DNA from: Eledone cirrhosa
Taxonomy: Eukaryota
DNA length: 64,000 nucleotides
Direction of reading: 5' to 3'
Assembly (NCBI GenBank): GCA_964016885.1
Contig: OZ024740.1
Span: forward strand, 138,012,001-138,076,000
This document shows positions 54,401 to 64,000 of the stretch, in pieces. The notes beneath the pieces are model-generated. The model was not told the DNA's origin. It saw nothing but the letters and a program-made list of their open reading frames with translations, and ran no database searches. Made by a program: the position numbers and the translations under genes. Position 1 is the first letter of the stretch; each line of letters starts with the position of its first letter.

Positions 54401-57400
54401 ACTTTTCTCTCAATCTCCAATTCTCTCTTTCTCTTATAACTTTTCTCTCAATGACCAATTCTCTCTGTTTCTTATCACTTTTCTCTCAATCTCCAATTCT
54501 CTCTTTCTCTTATCACTTTTCTCTCAATCTCCAATTCTCTCTTTCTCTTATCACTTTTCTCTCAATCTCCAATTCTCTCTTTCTCTTATCACTTTTCTCT
54601 CAATCTCCAATTCTTTCTTTCTCTTATCACTTTTCTCTCAATCTCCAATTCTCTCTTTCTCTTATCAATTTTCTCTCAATCACCAATTCTCTCTTTCTCT
54701 TATCACTTTTCTCTCAATCTCCAATTCTCTCTTTCTCTTATCACTTTTCTCTTAATCTCCAATTCTCTCTCTCTTTTATCACTTTTTCTCTCAATCTCCA
54801 ATTCTCTCTTTTTCTTATCACTTTTCGCTCAATCTCCAATTCTCTCTTTCTGTTATCACTTTTCTCTCAACCTCCCATTCTCTCTTTCACTTATGACTTT
54901 TCTCTCAATCACCAACTCTCTATGTCTCTTATCACTTTTCTCTGAATATCCAATTCTCTCTTTCTCTTATCACTTTTCTCTCAATCTCCAATTCTCTCTT
55001 TCTCTTATCACTTTTCTCTCAATCTCCAATTCTCTCTTTCTCTTATCACTTTTCTCTCAATCTCCAATTCTCTCTGTTTCTTATCACTTTTCTCTCAATC
55101 TCCAATTCTCTCTTTCTCTTATCACTTTTCTCTCAATCTCCAATTCTCTCTTTCTCCTATCACTTTTCTCTCAATCTCCAATTCTCTCTGTTTCTTATCA
55201 CTTTTCTCTCAATCTCTAATTCTCTCTCTCTCATATCACTTTTCTCTCAATCTCCAATTCTCTCTTTCTCTTATCACTTTTCTCTCAATCTCCAATTCTC
55301 TCTTTCTCTTATCACTTTTCTCTCAATCTCCAATTCTCTCTTTCTCTTATCACTTTTCTCTCAATCTCCAATTCTCTCTTTCTCTTATCACTTTTCTCTC
55401 AATCTCCAATTCTCTCTTTCTCTTATCACTTTTCTCTCAATCTCCAATTCTGTTTTTCTCTTATCACTTTTCCCCCAATCTCCAATTCTCTCTTTCTCTT
55501 ATCACTTTTCTCTCAATCTCCAATTCTCTCTTTCTCTTATCACTTTTCTCCCAATCTCCAATTCTCTCTGTTTCTTATCACTTTTCTCTCAATCTCCAAT
55601 TCTCTCTTTCTCTTATCACTTTTCTCTCAATCTCCAATTCTCTCTTTCTCTTATCACTTTTCTCTCAATCTCCAATTCTCTCTTTCTCTTATCACTTTTC
55701 TCTCAATCTCCAATTCTCTCTTTTTCTTATCACTTTTCTCCCAATCTCCAATTCTCTCTGTTTCTTATCACTTTTCTCTCAATCTCCAATTCTCTCTTTC
55801 TCTTATCACTTTTCTCTCAATCTCCAATTCTCTCTTTCTCTTATCACTTTTCTCTCAATCTCATATTCTCTCTTTCTCTTATTACTTTTCTCTCAATCTC
55901 CAATTCTCTCTTTCTCTTATCACTTTTCTCTCAATCTCCAATTCTCTCTGTCTCTTATCACTTTTTCTCACAATCTCCAATTCTCTCTTTTTCTTATCAC
56001 TTTTCCCTCAATCTCCAATTCTCTCTTTCTCTTATCACTTTTCTCTCAACCTCCCATTCTCTCTTTCTCTTATGACTTTTCTCTCAATCACCAATTCTCT
56101 ATGTCTCTTATCACTTTTCTCTGACTCTCCAATTCTCTCTTTCTCTTATCACTTTTCTCTCAATCTTCAATTCTCTCTTTCTCTTATCACTTATCCCCCA
56201 ATCTCCAATTCTCTCTTTCTCTTATCACTTTTCTCTCAATCTCCAATTCTCTCTTTCTCTTATCACTTTTCTCTCAATCTCCAATTCTCTCTGTTTCTAA
56301 ACACTTTTCTCTCAATCTCCAATTCTCTCTCTCTGTTATCACTTTTCCCCCAATCTCCCATTCTCTCTCTCTCATATCACTTTTCTCTCAATCTCCAATT
56401 CTCTCTTTCTCTTATCACTTTTCCCCCAATCTCCCATTCTCTCTCTCTCATATCACTTTTCTCTCAATCTCCAATTCTCTCTTTCTCTTATCAATTTTCT
56501 CTCAAATCTCCTATTCTCTCTTTCTCTCATCACTTTTCTCTCAATCTCCAATTCTCTCTTTCTCTCATCACTTTTCTCTCAATCTCCAATTCTCTCTTTC
56601 TCTTATCACTTTTCTCTCAATCTCCAATTCTCTCTTTGTCTTATCACTTTTCTCTCAATCTCCAATTCTCTCTTTCTCTTATCACTTTTCTCTCAATCTC
56701 CAATTCTCTCTTTCTCTTATCACTTTTCTCTCAATCTCCAATTCTCTCTTTCTCTTATCACATTTCTCTCAATCTCCAATTCTCTCTTTCTCTCATCACT
56801 TTTTGCTCAATCTCCAATTCTCTCTTTCTCTTATCACTTTTCTCTCAATCTCCAATTCTCTCTTTTTCTTATCACTTTTCTCTCAATCTCTAATTCTCTC
56901 TGTTTCTTATCACTTTTCTCTCAATCTCATATTCTCTCTTTCTCTTATTACTTTTCTCTCAATCTCCAATTCGCTCTTTCTCTTATCACTTTTCTCTCAA
57001 TCTCCAATTCTCTCTTTTTCTTATCACTTTTCCCTCAATCTCCAATTCTCTCTTTCTGTTATCACTTTTCTCTCAACCTCCCATTCTCTCTTTCACTTAT
57101 GACTTTTCTCTCAATCACCAACTCTCTATGTCTCTTATCACTTTTCTCTGAATATCCAATTCTCTCTTTCTCTTATCACTTTTCTCTCAATCTCCAATTC
57201 TCTCTTTCTCTTATTACTTTTCTCTCAATCTCCAATTCTCTCTTTCTCTTATCACTTTTCTCTCAATCTCCAATTCTCTCTGTTTCTTATCACTTTTCTC
57301 TCAATCTCCAATTCTCTCTTTCTCTTATCACTTTTCTCTCAATCTCCAATTCTCTCTTTCTCCTATCACTTTTCTCTCAATCTCCAATTCTCTCTGTTTC

Positions 57401-57750
57401 TTATCACTTTTCTCTCAATCTCTAATTCTCTCTTTCTCTTATCACTTTTCTCTCAATCTCCAATTCTCTCTTTCTCTTATCACTTTTCTCTCAATCTCCA
57501 ATTCTCTCTTTCTCTTATCACTTTTCTCTCAATCTCCAATTCTCTCTTTCTCTTATCACTTTTCTCTCAATCTCCAATTCTGTTTTTCTCTTATCACTTT
57601 TCCCCCAATCTCCAATTCTCTCTTTCTCTTATCACTTTTCTCTCAATCTCCAATTCTCTCTTTCTCTTATCACTTTTCTCCCAATCTCCAATTCTCTCTG
57701 TTTCTTATCACTTTTCTCTCAATCTCCAATTCTCTCTTTCTCTTATCACT
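48430..57750. repeat. Tandem duplication of about 4.5-4.8 kb in subfamily II
   Basis: Offset is 4,525 for 48,446/52,971, 48,981/53,506, 49,853/54,378, 49,926/54,451 and 50,368/54,893. It then changes to 4,677 (51,395/56,072), 4,639 (51,862/56,501), 4,867 (52,281/57,148) and 4,791 (52,791/57,582). All steps are multiples of 38. Confidence 0.87.
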
Positions 57751-59029
57751 TTTCTCTCAATCTCCAATTCTCTCTTTCTCTTATCACTTTTCTCTCAATC
57801 TCCAATTCTCTCTTTCTCTTATCACTTTTCTCTCAATCTCCAATTCTCTCTTTTTCTTATCACTTTTCTCCCAATCTCCAATTCTCTCTGTTTCTTATCA
57901 CTTTTCTCTCAATCTCCAATTCTCTCATTCTCTTATCACTTTTCTCTCAATCTCCAATTCTCTCTTTCTCTTATCACTTTTCTCTCAATCTCATATTCTC
58001 TCTTTCTCTTATTACTTTTCTCTCAATCTCCAATTCTCTCTTTCTCTTATCACTTTTCTCTCAATCTCCAATTCTCTCTGTCTCTTATCACTTTTCCTCA
58101 CAATCTCCAATTCTCTCTTTTTCTTATCACTTTTCCCTCAATCTCCAATTCTCTCTTTCTCTTATCACTTTTCTCTCAACCTCCCATTCTCTCTTTCTCT
58201 TATGACTTTTCTCTCAATCACCAATTCTCTATGTCTCTTATCACTTTTCTCTGACTCTCCAATTCTCTCTTTCTCTTATCACTTTTCTCTCAATCTTCAA
58301 TTCTCTCTTTCTCTTATCACTTATCCCCCAATCTACAATTCTCTCTTTCTCTTATCACTTTTTGCTCAATCTCCAATTCTCTCTTTCTCTTATCACTTTT
58401 CTCTCAATCTCCAATTCTCTCTTTCTCTTATCACTTTTCTCTCAATCTCCAATTCTCTCTGTTTCTTAACACTTTTCTCTCAATCTCCAATTCTCTCTCT
58501 CTGTTATCACTTTTCCCCCAATCTCCCATTCTCTCTCTCTCATATCACTTTTCTCTCAATCTCCAATTCTCTCTTTCTCTTATCACTTTTCCCCCAATCT
58601 CCCATTCTCTCTCCCTCATATCACTTTTCTCTCAATCTCCAATTCTCTCTTTCTCTTATCAATTTTCTCTCAAATCTCCTATTCTCTCTTTCTCTCATCA
58701 CTTTTCTCTCAATCTCCAATTCTCTCTTTCTCTCATCACTTTTCTCTCAATCTCCAATTCTCTCTTTCTCTTATTACTTTTCTCTCAATCTCCAATTCTC
58801 TCTTTGTCTTATCACTTTTCTCTCAATCTCCAATTCTCTCTTTCTCTTATCACTTTTCTCTCAATCTCCAATTCTCTCTTTCTCTTATCACTTTTCTCTC
58901 AATCTCCAATTCTCTCTTTCTCTTATCACTTTTCTCTCAATCTCCAATTCTCTCTTTCTCTTATCACTTTTCTCTCAATCTCCAATTCGCTCTTTCTATT
59001 ATCACTTTTCTCTCAATCACCAATTCTCT

Positions 59030-62000
59030 CTTTCTCTTATCACTTTTTCTCACAATCTCCAATTCTCTCTTTTTCTTATCACTTTTCCCTCAATCTCCAA
59101 TTCTCTCTTTCTCTTATCACTTTTCTCTCAAACTCCCATTCTCTCTTTCTCTTATGACTTTTCTCACAATCTTCAATTCTCTCTTTCTCTTATCACTTAT
59201 CCCCCAATCTACAATTCTCTCTTTCTCTTATCACTTTTTGCTCAATCTCCAATTCTCTCTTTCTCTTATCACTTTTCTCTCAATCTCCAATTCTCTCTTT
59301 CTCTTATCACTGTTCTCTCAATCTCCAATTGTCTCTGTTTCTTAACACTTGTCTCTCAATCTCCAATTCTCTCTTTCTATTATCACTTTTCTCTCAATCT
59401 CCAATTCTCTCTTTCTCTTATCACTTTTCTGTCAATCTCCAATTCTCTCTTTCTCTTATCACTTTTCTCTCAATCACCAATTCTCTCTTTCTCTTATCAC
59501 ATTTCTCTCAATCTCCAATTCTCTCTTTCTCTTATCACTTTTTGCTCAATCTCCAATTCTCTCTTTCTCTTATAACTTTTCTCTCAATCTCCAATTCTCT
59601 CTTTCTCTTATCACTTTTCTCTCAATCTCCAATTCACTCTTTCTCTTATCACTTTTCTCTCAATCTCCAATTCTCTCTTTCTCTTATCACTTTTCTATCA
59701 ATCTCCAATTCTCTCTTTCTCTTATCACTTTTCTCTCAATCTCCAATTCTCTCTTTCTCTTATCACTTTTCTCTCAATCTCCAATTCTCTCTTTCTCTTA
59801 TAACTTTTCTCTCAATCTCCAATTCTCTCTTTCTCTTATTACTTTTCTCTCAATCTCCAATTCTCTCTTTCTCGTATCACTTTTCTCTCAATCTCCAATT
59901 CTCTCTTTCTCTTATCACTTTTCTCTCAATCTCCAATTCTCTCTGTCTCTTATCACTTTTTCTCACAATCTCCAATTCTCTCTTTTTCTTATCACTTTTC
60001 CCTCAATCTCCAATTCTCTCTTTCTCTTATCACTTTTCTCTCAAACTCCCATTCTCTCTTTCTCTTATGACTTTTCTCTCAATCTTCAATTCTCTCTTTC
60101 TCTTATCACTTATCCCCCAATCTACAATTCTCTCTTTCTCTTATCACTTTTTGCTCAATCTCCAATTCTCTCTTTCTCTTATCACTTTTCTCTCAATCTC
60201 CAATTCTCTCTTTCTCTTATCACTGTTCTCTCAATCTCCAATTCTCTCTGTTTCTTAACACTTGTCTCTCAATCTCCAATACTCTCTCTCTGTTATCACT
60301 TTTCCCCCAATCTCCCATTCTCTCTCTCTCATATCACTTTTCTCTCAATCTCCAATTCTCTCTTTCTCTTATCACTTTTCCCCCAATCTCCCATTCTCTC
60401 TCTCTCATATCACTTTTCTCTCAATCTCCAATTCTCTCTTTCTCTTATCACTTTTCTCTCAATCTCCTATTCTCTCTTTCTCTCATCACTTTTCTCTCAA
60501 TCTCCAATTCTCTCTTTCTCTCATCACTTTTCTCTCAATCTCCAATTCTCTCTTTCTCTTATCACTTTTCTCTCAATCTCCAATTCTCTCTTTCTCTTAT
60601 CACTTTTCTCTCAATCTCCAATTCTCTCTTTCTCTTATCACTTTTCTCTCAATCTCCAATTCTCTCTTTCTCTTATCACTTTTATCTCAATCTCCAATTC
60701 TCTCTTTCTCATATCACTTTTCTCTCAATCTCCAATTCTCTCTTTCTATTATCACTTTTCTCTCAATCTCCAATTCTCTCTTTCTCTTATCACTTTTCTG
60801 TCAATCTCCAATTCTCTCTTTCTCTTATCACTTTTCTCTCAATCACCAATTCTCTCTTTCTCTTATCACATTTCTCTCAATCTCCAATTCTCTCTTTCTC
60901 TTATCACTTTTTGCTCAATCTCCAATTCTCTCTTTCTCTTATCACTTTTCTCTCAATCTCCAATTCTCTCTTTCTCTTATCACTTTTCTCTCAATCTCCA
61001 ATTCACTCTTTCTCTTATCACTTTTCTCTCAATCTCCAATTCTCTCTTTCTCTTATCACTTTTCTCTCAATCTCCAATTCTCTCTTTCTCTTATCACTTT
61101 TCTCTCAATCTCCAATTCTCTCTTTCTCTTATCACTTTTCTCTCAATCTCCAATTCTCTCTTTCTCTTATAACTTTTCTCTCAATCTCCAATTCTCTCTT
61201 TCTCTTATTACTTTTCTCTCAATCTCCAATTCTCTCTTTCTCTTATCACTTTTCTCTCAATCTCCAATTCTCTCTTTCTCTTATCACTTTTCTCTCAATC
61301 TCCAATTCTCTCTGTCTCTTATCACTTTTTCTCACAATCTCCAATTCTCTCTTTTTCTTATCACTTTTCCCTCAATCTCCAATTCTCTCTTTCTCTTATC
61401 ACTTTTCTCTCAACCTCCCATTCTCTCTTTCTCTTATCACTTTTCTCTCAATCACCAATTCTGTATGTCTCTTATCACTTTTCTCTGACTCTCCAATTCT
61501 CTCTTTCTCTTATCACTTTTCTCTCAATCTTCAATTCTCTCTTTCTCTTATCACTTATCCCCCAATCTACAATTCTCTCTTTCTCTTATCACTTTTTGCT
61601 CAATCTCCAATTCTCTCTTTCTCTTATCACTTTTCTCTCAATCTCCAATTCTCTCTTTCTCTTATCACTTTTCTCTCAATCTCCAATTCTCTCTGTTTCT
61701 TAACACTTTTCTCTCAATCTCCAATTCTCTCTCTCTGTTATCACTTTTCCCCCAATCTCCCATTCTCTCTCTCTCATATCACTTTTCTCTCAATCTCCAA
61801 TTCTCTCTTTCTCTTATCACTTTTCCCCCAATCTCCCATTCTCTCTCTCTCATATCACTTTTCTCTCAATCTCCAATTCTCTCTTTCTCTTATCAATTTT
61901 CTCTCAAATCTCCTATTCTCTCTTTCTCTTATCACTTTTCTCTCAATCTCCAATTCTCTCTTTGTCTTATCACTTTTCTCTCAATCTCCAATTCTCTCTT

Positions 62001-63790
62001 TCTCTTATCACTTTTCTCTCAATCTCCAATTCTCTCTTTCTCTTATCACTTTTCTCTCAATCTCCAATTCTCTCTTTCTCTTATCACTTTTCTCTCAATC
62101 TCCAATTCTCTCTTTCTCTTATCACTTTTCTCTCAATCTCCAATTCGCTCTTTCTATTATCACTTTTCTCTCAATCACCAATTCTCTCTTTCTCTGATCA
62201 CTTTTCTCTCAATCACCAATTCTCTCTTTCTCTTATCACATTTCTCTCAATCTCCAATTCTCTCTTTCTCTCATCACTTTTTGCTCAATCTCCAATTCTC
62301 TCTTTCTCTTATCACTTTTCTCTCAATCTCCAATTCTCTCTTTTTCTTATCACTTTTCTCTCAATCTCTAATTCTCTCTGTTTCTTATCACTTTTCTCTC
62401 AATCTCATATTCTCTCTTTCTCTTATTACTTTTCTCTCAATCTCCAATTCGCTCTTTCTCTTATCACTTTTCTCTCAATCTCCAATTCTCTCTGTCTCTT
62501 ATCACTTTTTCTCACAATCTCCAATTCTCTCTTTTTCTTATCACTTTTCCCTCAATCTCCAATTCTCTCTTTCTCTTATCACTTTTCTCTCAAACTCCCA
62601 TTCTCTCTTTCTCTTTTGACTTTTCTCTCAATCTTCAATTCTCTCTTTCTCTTATCACTTATCCCCCAATCTACAATTCTCTCTTTCTCTTATCACTTTT
62701 TGCTCAATCTCCAATTCTCTCTTTCTCTTATCACTTTTCTCTCAATCTCCAATTCTCTCATTCTCTTATCACTGTTCTCTCAATCTCCAATTCTCTATGT
62801 TTCTTAACACTTGTCTCTCAATCTCCAATTCTCTCTCTCTGTTATCACTTTTCCCCCAATCTCCCATTCTCTCTCTCTCATATCACTTTTCTCTCAATCT
62901 CCAATTCTCTCTTTCTCTTATCACTTTTCCCCCAATCTCCCATTCTCTCTCTCTCTCATATCACTTTTCTCTCAATCTCCAATTCTCTCTTTCTCTTATC
63001 ACTTTTCTCTCAATCTCCAATTCTCTCTTTCTCTTATCACTTTTTGCTCAATCTCCAATTCTCTCTTTCTCTTATCACTTTTCTCTCAATCTCCAATTCT
63101 CTCTTTCTCTTATCACTTTTCTCTCAATCTCCAATTCTCTCTTTCTCTTATCACTTTTCTCTCAATCTCCAATTCTCTCTTTCTCTTATCACTTTTCTCT
63201 CAATCTCCAATTCTCTCTTTCTCTTATCACTTTTATCTCAATCTCCAATTCTCTCTTTCTCATATCACTTTTCTCTCAATCTCCAATTCTCTCTTTCTAT
63301 TATCACTTTTCTCTCAATCTCCAATTCTCTCTTTCTCTTATCACTTTTCTGTCAATCTCCAATTCTCTCTTTCTCTTATCACTTTTCTCTCAATCACCAA
63401 TTCTCTCTTTCTCTTATCACATTTCTCTCAATCTCCAATTCTCTCTTTCTCTTATCACTTTTTGCTCAATCTCCAATTCTCTCTTTCTCTTATCACTTTT
63501 CTCTCAATCTCCAATTCTCTCTTTCTCTTATCGCTTTTCTCTCAATCTCCAATTCACTCTTTCTCTTATCACTTTTCTCTCAATCTCCAATTCTCTCTTT
63601 CTCTTATCACTTTTCTATCAATCTCCAATTCTCTCTTTCTCTTATCACTTTTCTCTCAATCTCCAATTCTCTCTTTCTCTTATCACTTTTCTCTCAATCT
63701 CCAATTCTCTCTTTCTCTTATAACTTTTCTCTCAATCTCCAATTCTCTCTTTCTCTTATTACTTTTCTCTCAATCTCCAATTCTCTCTTT
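59030..63790. repeat. Mosaic of shorter subfamily II block duplications (offsets 913, 1,369 and 2,551 bp)
   Basis: acacttgtctc 59,349/60,262 (913). gtcaatc 59,431/60,800 (1,369) and 60,800/63,351 (2,551). aaactccc occurs at about 59,130, 60,043 and 62,592. Confidence 0.75.
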
Positions 63791-64000
63791 CTCTTATCAC
63801 TTTTCTCTCAATTACCAATTCTCTCTTTCTCTTATCATATTTCTCTCAATCTCCAATTCTCTCTTTCTCTTATCACTTTTTGCTCAATCTCCAATTCTCT
63901 CTTTCTCTTATCACTTTTCTCTCAATCTCCAATTCTCTCTTTCTCTTATCACTTTTCTCTCAATCTCCAATTCACTCTTTCTCTTATCACTTTTCTCTCA

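Larger units (their letters stand above)
1..64000. repeat. Tandem satellite array, 38-bp monomer TATCACTTTTCTCTCAATCTCCAATTCTCTCTTTCTCT, about 1,680 head-to-tail copies, running off both window ends
   Basis: Bases 1-38 are the consensus and TATCACTTTT restarts at 39. The same unit is still present at 63,9xx. Most monomers differ by 0-5 substitutions. + strand ORFs show the expected 38-aa period (3x38 nt): SYHFSLNLQFSLSLITFLSISNSLFLLSLFSQSPILSF. Confidence 0.99.
39400..64000. repeat. Satellite subfamily II domain
   Basis: Diagnostic variants are ctctgtttctt, ctctgtctctt, ttatgac, ctctgatcac, tttttgctc, aacctccc, ctatgtctc, ctgactc/ctgaatat, ctcatatt and cccattctctctctctcata. I saw no ctctatatc cassette after about 39,070. 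Confidence 0.9.

Noticed and set aside
3461-63723. Long + strand ORFs (up to 932 aa) rich in S/L/F/I that resemble membrane proteins
   Set aside because: The consensus + strand has no G and no TAA, so all three frames are open by default. The ORFs overlap in different frames, repeat a 38-aa unit, and start or stop at sporadic point variants.
1-64000. CRISPR array (the 38-bp unit is within CRISPR repeat size range)
   Set aside because: Monomers abut directly with no unique spacers, and there is no palindrome, leader or cas gene.
1-64000. Transposon insertions, inversions, tRNA/rRNA genes or terminators
   Set aside because: I saw no non-satellite or purine-rich + strand segment. With almost no G on one strand, stable hairpins cannot form.
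1-64000. Synthetic or purely artefactual low-complexity sequence
   Set aside because: Hierarchically shared variants, whole-monomer indels and SNP-differentiated duplicates look like natural satellite evolution. Individual duplications still need read support.

Overview
The whole 64 kb window is one uninterrupted, single-orientation satellite array of a 38-bp monomer, consensus TATCACTTTTCTCTCAATCTCCAATTCTCTCTTTCTCT (T19 C13 A6 G0), with about 1,680 copies (64000/38). I see no unique sequence, gene, RNA gene, transposon, inversion or CRISPR spacer. The long + strand ORFs are artefacts of a G-free, TAA-free strand. The information lies in the monomer variants, which define two subfamilies. Type I (about 1-35.3 kb and 36.7-39.4 kb) is built from a recurring diverged 6-8 monomer cassette arranged in irregular multi-kb higher-order repeats. 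Type II (about 35.3-36.7 kb and 39.4-64 kb) has a different variant set and longer runs of pure consensus. The I/II junction has itself been tandemly duplicated (offset 4110 bp). Each consensus monomer carries TGATAAG, CCAAT and two GAGAG motifs, and the type I cassette opens a short minus-strand E/R/K-rich ORF. I cannot name the satellite family or the organism. A eukaryotic heterochromatic or centromeric origin is an inference. I found no evidence for a gene-encoded novel system. All coordinates and counts were read by eye, so boundaries are accurate to about 1-3 monomers.
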